This document shows, piece after piece, positions 15,569 through 25,189 of a stretch of DNA of 32,000 nt. Position 1 is the first letter of the stretch. Each line of letters opens with the position of its first letter. The stretch lies in NCBI GenBank assembly GCA_942493095.1, contig OW818675.1, positions 1,320,001 to 1,352,000 of the forward strand. The letters run 5' to 3'. The stretch is from Candidatus Electronema halotolerans (GTDB taxonomy: Bacteria; Desulfobacterota; Desulfobulbia; Desulfobulbales; Desulfobulbaceae). The position numbers and the translations under genes were made by a program. The notes beneath the pieces were generated by a model. It made no database searches and was not told the DNA's origin. It saw only the letters and a program-made list of their open reading frames with translations.

Positions 15569-18500
15569 TCATTTCTTGTCAACAGTTACAATCCCTGCCT
15601 TGCCCCGCGCCCGGTACTCAGGACGGTACATAGCCTCAACCTCTGACGGCGGCAGGGCATAGCTGCCTGGCGTGACCGCCCGCACCAAATAGGCAAAGCT
15701 GAAGGGCCGCACTGGATTGTTGCGTGTCAAGGGCTTGAGCTGCTCTGTGTCAAAGGCAACCACAAAGCGGTCGTCCCGCGCATCCGTGTAGCGGAAGGAA
15801 CTGAGTTCGGGCAGCCAGTCAAAGGCCTCGGCATCTTTGCCGCTCACCGCCTTTTCGATTTCAAAGCCCGCAGGCAGCAGATCAATCAGCAGGGCGTGAT
15901 AATTGCCGCCCTCTTTGGCCTCGCCTTCAACCAGCACCACAGCCAGCTCGCTTTGCGGCACCTTGTCCAAGGCCAGCGGCTCGCCTGCACTGCTGTACCA
16001 AGTCCGTTGGATTGTGAAGCCATTTTCCATTGGCGGCGGCTCGTTGGTCGGCGCGCCCTGCACGGTGAGCACTGCCCAGACTGCGACCTGTCCCTTGTTG
16101 CGCAAGGTCACGGGCTGATCAAGCAACGTGTCTCCGCTGCGGCTGAGGGAGAAGAAAGAGGATTCTTTTTTCTCTGTTACCGCTGGAGCAGCTTCCTCTT
16201 TTGGCGTGTCACTCCCCAAATTCATGGCGGAAAGAAAACGGCCCAAAAGCGAAGGACTCTCCGCCTCTGGTTTATTCTCCTGCGGTGCCGGGCTGGCCTC
16301 GGTGATTTCCAAATCCAAGGGCTGGCCCTTGTCCAAGGTCAGAGCGGCCATGATCAGAGCGGCCTGCTCCTGAGTGGAGAAATACTTGCGCTTGGAAAGT
16401 TGGCCGGTCAGTTCCTGCCACGCCGAAGCCGGATCAACCTGCGTCAGGCCGGTCTCGTCGAGCACACTGATGATTGCAGCCAGATCACGCAGGCGGGAGC
16501 CGTAGCTCCACCATGAGGCAGCCTCTGTGTCTGCCGAGCGCAGAGCTGCTTGCAAGCCTTTCATTGCCCGTTCCTGATCGCCAAGCAAAGCCAAGGTGCC
16601 AGCAAGCTGGGCTTGCGCCAGCGGCGAGCTAATTTTGTCAAAGCGGGTGTCAAAGAGATAGCGGGCATCCTCATGCCGAGCTTGGCCAGCACGGGCCAGC
16701 ACCCAATGCGCGTAGGCCAGTGCCTCAAGATGTTTGTCCTTCCTGTCGCTGTGCTTGACCTCGTCTGTCAGCCAGTCCAAACCTTTTTTGTAGAAATAGT
16801 CTGGCACGGCAAAGCCTTTTTCCCGCGCTCGGCCAAGAAAGTCCATAGCATAAGCCGAAAGCCACGGCTCTTCGTCATCGCTGTCTGACCAGAGACCAAA
16901 GCTGCCCTCGCCGCGCTGCTTCTGCAAAATCAGGTCAATAGCCGCCTGCACCCGGTCAGGCAGATTTTTGTCCGCTGGATAGGCAAAGCGTTCGGCAAGC
17001 TGATTGGCGTAGAGCAGAGGCATGGCCCGGCTGGTGAGCTGCTCCAAGCAGCCGTGCGGGTAGCGGTCCAGCTCGCCGAGTAGCCCGGCCACATCAACAT
17101 TGGGCGCGCTGGAAATGCTGAGATCAACCTTGGCTGTGGCCGGATGCAGACCACTCAGGGTCTCCTTGTTCAGGGTGAGGACTGCGCCCGGCTCAATTTT
17201 GCTGTAGGTGCGGGTTAAGGTCGGCAGATATTTGCCGCGCACATTGAGATCAAAGTCGCCTGCATAACTGTAGCCTTGCGGGCCGTTGACGAGCAGATGC
17301 AGCTTGCCGCTGCCAATGCCGGAAGCAGTCACTGGAAAGCTGAGGCTCTGCCGCCTGCCCTGCTCAAGCTGGACAACTGCCGCGCTTTGCTCCGGGCCAA
17401 GCAGCGTTACCGCGCCTTCAGCCCGCCATGATGCCTGATACTGACCTGCCGGGCCGTCAATGTTTTCGATCAACACCTGAATGCTGGACTGGTCGCCGTC
17501 TGCCAGATAGCGCGGCAGAGACGGGGAGATGACCACTGGATCATTGACCCGCATGGCTTGACTGGCCGCGCCGGTCTTTTCCTTTGACCAGGCCACGGCC
17601 ATCAGGCGCAGCTTACCGTTAAAGTCCGGGATGTCTAACGGCACCGTGACTGTGCCGTCATCGCCTGCCCTGACCACGCCGGAGAAGAGGGAAACCACCT
17701 TCACATTGGACTGCGGCGCACCGCGCAGACCATCTTCGCCAGCACCGCTGCGCAGAGTGAGCGGCTTGCTGTTTGGCGGAATGATGAGCTGGCCGTACAT
17801 GTCGCGGATGTCAAGACCGAGCTGCTGCTTGCCAAAGAACCAGTCAATCGGATTTGGCGAGACAAACTGGGTCAGCTGCAAAACTCCTTCATCCACAGCG
17901 GCCAAGGTCAGATGGATTTCGCTGCCTGCCTCTGCCCCCTTGACTGCAACCGGCACTGGCAAGACCTGCCGGGGCCGGGTCTGCTCCGGCGCATTGACGG
18001 TCAGTTCCAACCGCTGCGGAGCCGGATCAACTGGCAGCCAGATCAGGCCCACAGCCCGGTCTGCGCCCTTCTGCTGCCCCTTGCCGGGCCGATAGACCGT
18101 GACCAAGGCATAGACACCCGCGCCCCAGCCGTCCTCAACCGGAATCTCAATGGTCTGCTCCTTGCCGCTCAAGGCGAAGTTGCGCAGCCCGTTCACTGTG
18201 GTGTTGGCCAAGACCAGACTGGCTTGCCCCGGATACGGCGAGGTCAAGGTCAGTTTGGCAATGTCGCCGACCTTGTAACTCTGCCGGTCAAGCACCACTT
18301 TGACCGAATCCGGGGTGTCGCTCTCGCCGACAAGTTGCTCGCCCGCAGTGAAGTGCAGGCTGGTGAGCAGGATATTGTCCTTGTTCAACAGCTCCAGCCG
18401 GTATCTGCCCCAGTCCGTCGCAACGGCCAGCGGCACTGGCCCGGCCTTATCCCAAGCAAGCTGGCCGCGCTGCGCCTCCTGATCAAGAACGATCTCCTCA

Positions 18501-20992
18501 TAGCCCCATTCACCATTCTTGATGAACCACTGATAATCAATATCCTCGCGCACCAGCCGCCAGTGCATTTCGCCTTTCTCCTGCGGTTGGCCCTGCTCGT
18601 TCAGGGCAATGATTGCAAATTTAGCCTCACTTTGCTCAGGGATCTGCAAATCAGCAAAGTCTGGCTTGAGGCCCAGATATTCCTTGAGATGACGAACAGG
18701 CACACTGGTGGTTGCGGTCACGGCCCTGCCGTCAATATCCAAAACATCAGCCCGCACCACAGCCTTGAGTGGCTGAAGGGTGTTGAGCGGCTGGCCAGCC
18801 AAAGTCAGGGGCAGGATGCCGTGTCCTTTTGCATCGGTACTGATGTCCGGCAGCTCAATCGCAGCCAGACCCGGTTCCTCCTTGTCTCTGCCAAAATAAA
18901 AATCAGCAAAATCGGCAAAAGGATGGGGTTCATAGTGCAGCTCCATATTGGCTTTGACACTCAAATCCGAGCCGGGCGAGCCGTAGTAGTAATCCGCCTG
19001 CACCTCGGCTTCAGCCTTGCCTGTCGCACTGAGAATGCCTTGCGGCTCCAGCCGCACTTCCAAGCGCGGCGGCTTGAAGGATTTGACCTCAAAGCTCGTC
19101 TGTCCGACCGGCTTGGCTTCCACATCCGCATACAGGGCGGCAGTCCAGTTGCCGGAGCGGGCAGAATTGGCCAGATTTATGGTGTCTGCATAGCCGCCCG
19201 CAGAGTCAGGCTGAAGCAGCCGTTCAAGTAGCACCTTGCCGTCCGGGCCGCTGACCCGCAGGGTCATGGGTGGGCAGGCAGCATAACGGGCAATGCGGTC
19301 GCGGACAATCGCGGTCAGATGCACGCTCTCGCCGGGCCGGTAGATGCCGCGCTCCGTATAGAGATAGGCATCAAGAGGGCCTGGCGCAGTTCTACCGCTC
19401 ACACCCCGGTCACTGAGATCAAAGGGAGCCTGTTCGAGTTGGAGAAAGGTGAAGCCGTGCTTGCTGTCCAGAGCCATGAGATGCACAGCCGCTTGGCCGC
19501 CTTTACCTTTGAGCAGGCCAGGGGCAAAACGGACTATGCCCTGCTCATCCGTGCTCAGATTAGCCAACGGCGTATTGTTCTTCGCGTACAGGCCGATCTC
19601 CAACCCGGTAATGGGCAGAGCGGTCTCCAAGCTGCGGGCCGCCACGGTAAGACCGTCGCTGCCCTGATAGGTGGTCAGGCCAATGTCTGTGACCACAATC
19701 CATTGGCTGGCTTGATCTTCCCAGCGGCGTTCGTCTTCGTCGCCATCCTTGCTCTGCTCGGCAGACAGCACGTACAAACCCGGCGCAACAGCCAAGACAT
19801 CCTGCGGCAGCACCACATTGCTGGTCATGATCTTGTCCTGCGCCGGACTGGGAATTTCCGTTCTGCCCTGCCAGACCTCCTCGCCGACCGTCTCCTGAAT
19901 TTGGTCGAGCTGATACCCGCTCAGTTTGCGGCGAAAGTTGTTTTGGACAAACTCGCCCAGGATGTTGCGCTCATGAATGCGGAAGAGCTGGAGCTTGACC
20001 TTCTCGACATTCACCGAGTTCAGGCCAATGCCCCGGCTGCTGCGGTCAGCCAGAATGTAGTCACTTTGATTAAACCAGAGCGCGGGCGGGCGATGGCCGG
20101 TTGTAACGGTCAGGGTCACAGTCTCCGGCAGGGTGCGATTCTCCACCTTCATGCCGCTGCGCACGGTCACTTTATAGGAAGTGCCCCAGTCAGCCCCGCT
20201 GATGCAAAGCTGTCTATATCTGACTGAAAAATCAGCATTGACAGCCGGGCTGATCTGAATGTAGTCGCCGTAATGAAAGCTGTCCGGCTTGGGCAGCTCC
20301 TCATTGAAGCGCAGACAGAGCTTGGGCAGACTGCTGTCATTGTCTGTCGAGGTGCTCTGCACCTTCAAGGCATTCTCGGCAAGCTGCTTCCGCCGCAGCT
20401 CGGCCAGCCGCCTCTCCCGCTCTTCTTTCTGCCGTTTTTTCTCAGCAGTCAGCTCCTCTTTCTGCTGCTGCCGCAGACTGTCCGCCTTGCCGCTGTCATC
20501 GCCCAATTCCGCCAGCTGCTCATACACAGCGATGGCGGCAGGAGTCCAGTTGTCCTGCACTGTGGTGCGTTTTTCCAAGGCTTTGCCGAGCAGGGCAAGG
20601 GCCTGCTTTTGCATGTCTGGAACATCTGCGGCCTGCCACGCCAGCCAGCTACTCCAGCTCGCCTTTGGCCATTCCCCGTCGCAGGCAGCCGCTTTGGCAA
20701 AGGAGAGCCAGAAGGCTGCGTCTGTATTTTCTCCCAGCAAGACGGCCTGTTTGTGCAAGGTCATGGCTGTATAGCATTGATCCGCAGCGGTCATGATTGC
20801 CGCCGCTTGCATGAGGATGGCGGCCTGTTCCGATTCAGGCGGGGATGTGCCGGAACGGGCGTATTCAACAGCAAATTTTTTGCTTTCCTGCTTTATGTCC
20901 TGAAGGCTGTGGTCCGCCGCAGCGGCCAGTGTGGACAAGGAGCAAAAGCAGAGCAGGAGGAAGACAGCGGCGGTGCGGATGACTGATTTCAT
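15569..20992 (-). CDS. bacterial alpha-2-macroglobulin family protein (thioester-containing, 1807 aa)
   Basis: N-terminal signal peptide (AAVFLLLCFCSLSTLAAAAD), a long array of MG-type beta domains, and the thioester motif YPHGCLEQ (CLEQ encoded at 17039-17050). Size and C-terminal receptor-binding-like domain are as in YfhM/ECAM-type proteins. Confidence 0.9.
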   Translation of the reverse strand: MKSVIRTAAVFLLLCFCSLSTLAAAADHSLQDIKQESKKFAVEYARSGTSPPESEQAAILMQAAAIMTAADQCYTAMTLHKQAVLLGENTDAAFWLSFAKAAACDGEWPKASWSSWLAWQAADVPDMQKQALALLGKALEKRTTVQDNWTPAAIAVYEQLAELGDDSGKADSLRQQQKEELTAEKKRQKEERERRLAELRRKQLAENALKVQSTSTDNDSSLPKLCLRFNEELPKPDSFHYGDYIQISPAVNADFSVRYRQLCISGADWGTSYKVTVRSGMKVENRTLPETVTLTVTTGHRPPALWFNQSDYILADRSSRGIGLNSVNVEKVKLQLFRIHERNILGEFVQNNFRRKLSGYQLDQIQETVGEEVWQGRTEIPSPAQDKIMTSNVVLPQDVLAVAPGLYVLSAEQSKDGDEDERRWEDQASQWIVVTDIGLTTYQGSDGLTVAARSLETALPITGLEIGLYAKNNTPLANLSTDEQGIVRFAPGLLKGKGGQAAVHLMALDSKHGFTFLQLEQAPFDLSDRGVSGRTAPGPLDAYLYTERGIYRPGESVHLTAIVRDRIARYAACPPMTLRVSGPDGKVLLERLLQPDSAGGYADTINLANSARSGNWTAALYADVEAKPVGQTSFEVKSFKPPRLEVRLEPQGILSATGKAEAEVQADYYYGSPGSDLSVKANMELHYEPHPFADFADFYFGRDKEEPGLAAIELPDISTDAKGHGILPLTLAGQPLNTLQPLKAVVRADVLDIDGRAVTATTSVPVRHLKEYLGLKPDFADLQIPEQSEAKFAIIALNEQGQPQEKGEMHWRLVREDIDYQWFIKNGEWGYEEIVLDQEAQRGQLAWDKAGPVPLAVATDWGRYRLELLNKDNILLTSLHFTAGEQLVGESDTPDSVKVVLDRQSYKVGDIAKLTLTSPYPGQASLVLANTTVNGLRNFALSGKEQTIEIPVEDGWGAGVYALVTVYRPGKGQQKGADRAVGLIWLPVDPAPQRLELTVNAPEQTRPRQVLPVPVAVKGAEAGSEIHLTLAAVDEGVLQLTQFVSPNPIDWFFGKQQLGLDIRDMYGQLIIPPNSKPLTLRSGAGEDGLRGAPQSNVKVVSLFSGVVRAGDDGTVTVPLDIPDFNGKLRLMAVAWSKEKTGAASQAMRVNDPVVISPSLPRYLADGDQSSIQVLIENIDGPAGQYQASWRAEGAVTLLGPEQSAAVVQLEQGRRQSLSFPVTASGIGSGKLHLLVNGPQGYSYAGDFDLNVRGKYLPTLTRTYSKIEPGAVLTLNKETLSGLHPATAKVDLSISSAPNVDVAGLLGELDRYPHGCLEQLTSRAMPLLYANQLAERFAYPADKNLPDRVQAAIDLILQKQRGEGSFGLWSDSDDEEPWLSAYAMDFLGRAREKGFAVPDYFYKKGLDWLTDEVKHSDRKDKHLEALAYAHWVLARAGQARHEDARYLFDTRFDKISSPLAQAQLAGTLALLGDQERAMKGLQAALRSADTEAASWWSYGSRLRDLAAIISVLDETGLTQVDPASAWQELTGQLSKRKYFSTQEQAALIMAALTLDKGQPLDLEITEASPAPQENKPEAESPSLLGRFLSAMNLGSDTPKEEAAPAVTEKKESSFFSLSRSGDTLLDQPVTLRNKGQVAVWAVLTVQGAPTNEPPPMENGFTIQRTWYSSAGEPLALDKVPQSELAVVLVEGEAKEGGNYHALLIDLLPAGFEIEKAVSGKDAEAFDWLPELSSFRYTDARDDRFVVAFDTEQLKPLTRNNPVRPFSFAYLVRAVTPGSYALPPSEVEAMYRPEYRARGKAGIVTVDKK

Positions 20993-21061
20993 GGTGTTTA
21001 TGAATGACTGATAGATAATGAAAAGGCATGGAAGACAGGAGGAAAACCGTGGGCTGCAAAG

Positions 21062-21115
21062 GCCTCACAGCACGCACTGCCGTCACCGTGTTGCTCGGCC
21101 CGCTCTCACCTGCTT
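21062..21115. repeat. direct repeat copy 1 (FN3-tail derived), flanking the OLD-like cassette
   Basis: GCCTCACAGCAC[GCAC]TGCCGTCACCGTGTTGCTCGGCCCGCTCTCACCTGCTT is identical to 22816..22865 except for a 4-bp GCAC duplication. Confidence 0.85.
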
Positions 21116-21126
21116 GCCAAGTTTTG

Positions 21127-22710
21127 CTATTTCCGCCAGCGACTGACCGCCAGCTCCAGTTTTTGAAGAAAAACTTTCAGCTCAGGAGAAGCATTGAGCT
21201 GGAGCAGCTTGCGTACAACCAAACGCAAAAAGTCTTCCTCTTGATATTGAAACTCGCGGGCCAAGTCATACATCATATTTTTATAGATGTTGCCGGGCTT
21301 GTCCGCAGCATTGCTGTATGCCTGCTGAATTTTTTGCATTGTGGTTACAATCAGCTCACCCGCCTCGCTGCGTTCCATAAGTTCGCCGACTTGCTGCTTG
21401 TTTGCTTCCAGAGCTTTCCAGAGAAATGGTTCCGGGCCAGATTCACCGGGGAGAAAAAGCGGCTCAATCAGAAACCCGCCGAATTCCTTTGCCTCCGCCC
21501 GCAGCGTCCCGTCTAAATTACGGGCATCGCCATCCAAGACAAAAAGAGTGCTGTCCAACTGCCCAACTTTGCCGAAGGCGCGGACATGTTCGGCAAACTG
21601 ATTTTTCCCAGTATCAGTTCCAATCAATATATCGTTGGTATGCAAGCCAAGTTTTGGCATCAGCACATCCATGCAGCCATGCAGCACGGCTTTGGCTTCC
21701 GAGTCCTCACAAATAATGCTGAGTTTGTTCAATGCCTGACCGTACAGCACACGTTGCAGCACATCTTGATAGGCAGGCTTGAGCACAACATTCCGATAAT
21801 CACTGCTGCGCTCCAAAAAAATGCGGGCCTCTCTGGGAACAGATTCCAGCACTGCCGGACTGTGGGATGTGACCACGATCTGCAAATCGTTGCGCAAGGC
21901 CAGCCGTTGCAGCTCAAGCATGAGCTGCTGCTGCGTGTAAGGATGCAGGCCAGCCTCCACTTCGTCAATCAGCACCAAGGTGTTTTGAAGATTCGAGAGC
22001 TGCATGGAAAGCCGCAAGATAGTCCGCTCGCCTGATGACATGTGAAACTCGGAATAGCGTCCGCTGGCATCCGACCGTTCCGCCACCAGCAGGTCGCGTC
22101 CTCCAGAAATTATTTTGTTCATCCGCACATATTTAAAAGGCAGCACATTTTGGGCAAAGGCTATCAGGTCTGCGGTCACCTCCTGAATTTTTTCATATCT
22201 GGCACCTATGTTCAATACACTCCGCACTTCGCCGGGATTGGAGAGATTGGCCAATGTGCGCACAATCACTTCGCGTTGAGGCTGACGGACTCCCTTTTTC
22301 CCCTGAAAATTTGGATTCCATCCCTTTGTCAGCCGCCGCCAAGTCATTGGCAGCGGTCCCGAAGGAGTGTTGAACAGGTAGCTGATTTCAGCTTTAGTTA
22401 TTTGGTCGTCCAAGTCTTCCCCGCCATCTGTCCTCCTGTTTCTGAAGTTGGGAAAAAGCGTGGCAGGCTTAAAATCACGCAACCCGGAACCGGGCACATC
22501 ATACGCGCAGGCCAAAGCCATCAGCACGGTCGTCTTGCCACAGGCATTTGGTCCTGCCAAGACAGCAACCGGATAATTGAACTCAATGATCAAGTCTTCA
22601 ATACCGCGCAAATTTTTAATCCGAACCTGCCGGAGCATATCCTGCTGCGGATTTCTTTTTCCTCTCAACTGATCCCAAATCTGCTCTAAATTACGCTGCA
22701 AGGAAGACAT
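21127..22710 (-). CDS. OLD-family / PARIS-like ABC-type ATPase fused to a Toprim-like nuclease domain
   Basis: Walker A AGPNACGKTT, ABC signature-like MSSGERTILRL, Walker B LVLIDEVEAGLHP, and a His-loop region VTSHSP. The C-terminal region has Toprim-like acidic motifs: IICEDSEAK (Glu) and LFVLDGDARN (DxD). Confidence 0.65.
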   Translation of the reverse strand: MSSLQRNLEQIWDQLRGKRNPQQDMLRQVRIKNLRGIEDLIIEFNYPVAVLAGPNACGKTTVLMALACAYDVPGSGLRDFKPATLFPNFRNRRTDGGEDLDDQITKAEISYLFNTPSGPLPMTWRRLTKGWNPNFQGKKGVRQPQREVIVRTLANLSNPGEVRSVLNIGARYEKIQEVTADLIAFAQNVLPFKYVRMNKIISGGRDLLVAERSDASGRYSEFHMSSGERTILRLSMQLSNLQNTLVLIDEVEAGLHPYTQQQLMLELQRLALRNDLQIVVTSHSPAVLESVPREARIFLERSSDYRNVVLKPAYQDVLQRVLYGQALNKLSIICEDSEAKAVLHGCMDVLMPKLGLHTNDILIGTDTGKNQFAEHVRAFGKVGQLDSTLFVLDGDARNLDGTLRAEAKEFGGFLIEPLFLPGESGPEPFLWKALEANKQQVGELMERSEAGELIVTTMQKIQQAYSNAADKPGNIYKNMMYDLAREFQYQEEDFLRLVVRKLLQLNASPELKVFLQKLELAVSRWRK

Positions 22711-22745
22711 GATGGCTTTTTTCTGTCGTTTTATATTTTTCCTGC

Positions 22746-22751
22746 ATTATA
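22746..22751 (-). promoter_or_regulatory. candidate -10 box for the OLD-like gene
   Basis: The minus strand reads a perfect TATAAT 36-41 nt upstream of the ATG at 22710. No good -35 is present (CTTCCC at 17-nt spacing). Confidence 0.3.
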
Positions 22752-22776
22752 CAAAATCCGCAATTATGGGGAAGAG

Positions 22777-22810
22777 AAAAAAAAAGCAGGGCCTCGTGCA
22801 AAATCCTGCT
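22777..22810 (-). terminator. rho-independent terminator after the FN3-tail ORF
   Basis: The minus strand reads AGCAGG-14 nt loop-CCTGCT followed by T9, 9 nt after the stop at 22819. Confidence 0.6.
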
Positions 22811-22815
22811 CAACT

Positions 22816-22865
22816 GCCTCACAGCACTGCCGTCACCGTGTTGCTCGGCCCGCTCTCACCTGCTT
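22816..22865. repeat. direct repeat copy 2 (3' end of FN3-tail ORF)
   Basis: Matches 21062..21115. Here it encodes ...NKAGESGPSNTVTAVL* in frame. Confidence 0.85.
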
Positions 22866-23103
22866 TGTTGACCGCGATGACCCGATATTTCCACTCCTTG
22901 CCGTGCTCCTGATTGTTCAGGGTGATCTCTGTTGCCAAGGCGGTGGGAACGCGGAGGTCAAAATTTCCTGAATAGCTGCGGCGCGGATTGATGCCTTTCT
23001 CCTTGCAGACCTCCAAGAACACAGCAAGCGACTTGCGGAATTCCGCCCGCAGCTCGTCAGGCGTGCGGCCAGAACCGTCATGATATTCATGGTTCCACTC
23101 CAT
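22819..23103 (-). pseudogene. chimeric remnant: N-terminally truncated HicB-like antitoxin fused to a fibronectin type III C-terminal fragment
   Basis: aa 15-55 (DELRAEFRKSLAVFLEVCKEKGINPRRSYSGNFDLRVPTAL) resemble the central part of HicB-family antitoxins (...YSGKFNLRI...). The last ~25 aa (KYRVIAVNKAGESGPSNTVTAVL) are a typical FN3 G-strand ending. No hicA, no HicB N-terminal domain and no RHH tail are present. Confidence 0.45.
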
Positions 23104-23311
23104 GCTGTTTCAGCCAGTTGCGTATGCGCTTCCGCAGCATGACAAACAACTGGCTTGATTGCAAGCAGAAAAAGCGCGGTTTTCACCTGCCTGCGCCCTT
23201 TGTCTGCGAATGACGCTTGATAGGCGGGTATTTCTTTGGTATAGGCTGCAAGGTGAAAACTGTTGCGCAGCAAGGCTGCTGGGAAACTTTTGCGGAAAAG
23301 GATGAGAAAGC

Positions 23312-25189
23312 ATGGCATCACGTGATTTAGAGATTATCAAGAAAATAGAAAAAGAACTGAATCAGAATCTGCGCAGAGTTGATAAACTTGGATCAAAACG
23401 CTTCTGTTATATTGCTGATGAGCAGGATCAAGTCACCGTCCTGCGGTTAAGTGAAGCTGGTCTCGCCAATTCTAATATATATTTTCATCTCTTTAAAGAG
23501 CTTACTAATCTTAAAACATTCGATCTAAGCTTTAATCAAATCAATGATATTTCCTTTCTCAAAGACATGAGCTATCTTCAGACGCTCAATTTAAGTCTCA
23601 ATCAGATCAGTGATGTCTCCTCTCTGAAAGAACTCTATCATCTTAAAACTCTTAATTTAAGTTCAAATCAAATTAGCGATATTTCATTTCTCAAAGATAT
23701 TGTCCATCTTCAGTGGCTAAATTTAAGTTTTAATAAGATCAAAGATATTTCATTTCTCAAAAATCTTATCCAACTTCAGACACTCAATTTATGGAATAAT
23801 CAGATCATCCGCTTGCCGGAATGGATTACAGAGTTGTTCCCTGAGATTGTCTGTTCTGATTATTTTGAAGTTTACAAAATCAACGTCGGTAATAATCCCC
23901 TGACCCATCCGCCGCCAGAAATCATCAACCAAGGCCGCGAAGCCATCCGCGCCTATTTCCGCTCCTTTGAAAAAAGCGAAGCTGTCAAATTGCACGAATC
24001 CAAAGTGCTGCTGGTTGGCGACGGCAAGGCCGGAAAAACCTCGCTGCTCAAACAGTTCCAAGGACTGGACTTTGATGAGCATGAATCCCAAACCCACGGC
24101 ATAAATGTCCAGCCGCTTTCAGGCAGTGAGATAGCAGGTTTTGCCAATCCTGACCAAGACTGCCGCCTCCATTTCTGGGATTTCGGCGGGCAGGAAATCA
24201 TGCACGCCTTGCACCGCTTCTTCATGAGCAACCGCTCGCTGTACATCCTTGTCTTGGACAGCCGCGACGACACTGGCAGATGCTGCTGGCGTTGGCTCCG
24301 GCACATTGAGAAGTACGGCGGCCAGTCGCCGCTCATCGTGGCCATGAACAAGATTGATGCCAACCCGTCCTTCAATCTCGAACAGAAGAGCATCAATGTC
24401 CGTTTCTCTCAGATCGAAAACCGCTTCTTCCGCATCTCTTGCAAAAATAAGGACGGCCTGCCGGAATTAGTGCGCAGCATGGCCGCATCTGTGCCGAAAA
24501 CTCCGCTGTACGGCTTTGAAATCAGCAAAGCATGGCTGGAAATCAGGAAACAGCTCGAAGCGGCAACCGGCGCGCAGAACTATATCAGCCAGGAGCAGTT
24601 CATTGCCATCTGCAAAGAACACGGGGTTGAGGACGAGACAAGCCGAATCACCCTCCTCAAGCTGTTCAATGACTTGGGTACCTTGCTCTTTTTCGAGCAG
24701 ATAAAACTGGCTGACATTTATGTCCTTGATCCGCACTGGGTGACGGTCGGGGTCTATAAAATCATCAACTCAGCCCGAACCAAGGACGGAATCCTGCACG
24801 AGGAGGATTTGGATTTCATCCTCAAGCAGGAGGATATCCGCTGCGATGAATATGACCCGGCCAAAGAGAAATGCTTTACCTACACCGTCCAAGAGCAGGC
24901 ATATCTTGTCCGCATCATGGAGGAGTTTGAGCTGTGCTACCGCTATGACAAGCATCAGCATATTCTGCCCAATCAGCTTCCCAAGGAGCCGGAACAGGAA
25001 CCAAAGCTGACAGGTGAACATCTGCTCGGCTTTGTCATGGAATATGACTATCTGCCTTCTTCGTTCTTTTCCCGCCTCATGGTCCGCTTGAAGGAAGATA
25101 TTCCAGACCGGCGGCGGCAGTGGCGGTACGGGATGTATCTCGAAAACAAGCAATTCGGCGTGGAAGCAATTATAGCGGTTTCGTATTGA
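23312..25189 (+). pseudogene. Roco-family protein (LRR - Roc GTPase - COR), 5' part, interrupted by IS630 element at 25172/25173
   Basis: Six to seven ~22-aa LRRs (LxxLNLSxNQIsDISFLKxL). Roc G-domain motifs: G1 GDGKAGKTS, G3 WDFGGQE, G4 NKID. COR-like region follows. The reading frame runs into the IS and stops after 6 IS-derived codons. Confidence 0.85.

Noticed and set aside
17912-19231. Long plus-strand ORFs inside the A2M gene (17912..19231 at 439 aa, 19319..20227 at 302 aa, 20273..20986 at 237 aa) and similar ones opposite htpG, TauE, rSAM and nrdJ.
   Set aside because: These are typical shadow ORFs on the antisense strand of GC-rich genes. Their composition is Arg/Ala/Gly/Pro-rich low complexity with no recognisable motifs, and they are fully nested in well-supported genes.
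21062-21115. Considered whether the ~50-bp direct repeats flanking the OLD-like gene are integron attC sites.
   Set aside because: The repeat has no convincing internal imperfect palindrome or R'/R'' core sites, no integrase is present in the window, and copy 2 is plainly the coding 3' end of an FN3 ORF.
23101-23160. Nested short inverted repeats (CATGCTG...CAGCATG and AGCCAGTTG...CAACTGGCT) upstream of the HicB-like remnant.
   Set aside because: The stems are short (7-9 bp) with long loops and no associated gene or recognisable operator pattern. They cannot be distinguished from chance in a scar region.
23490-23810. Roughly 66-69-bp tandem periodicity in the DNA (repeated ...aatttaagt...aatcagatcagtgat... 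units) that could be mistaken for a repeat array or CRISPR.
   Set aside because: The periodicity is the coding image of consecutive leucine-rich repeats in the Roco ORF. The units are in frame, degenerate at third positions, and have no unique spacers.
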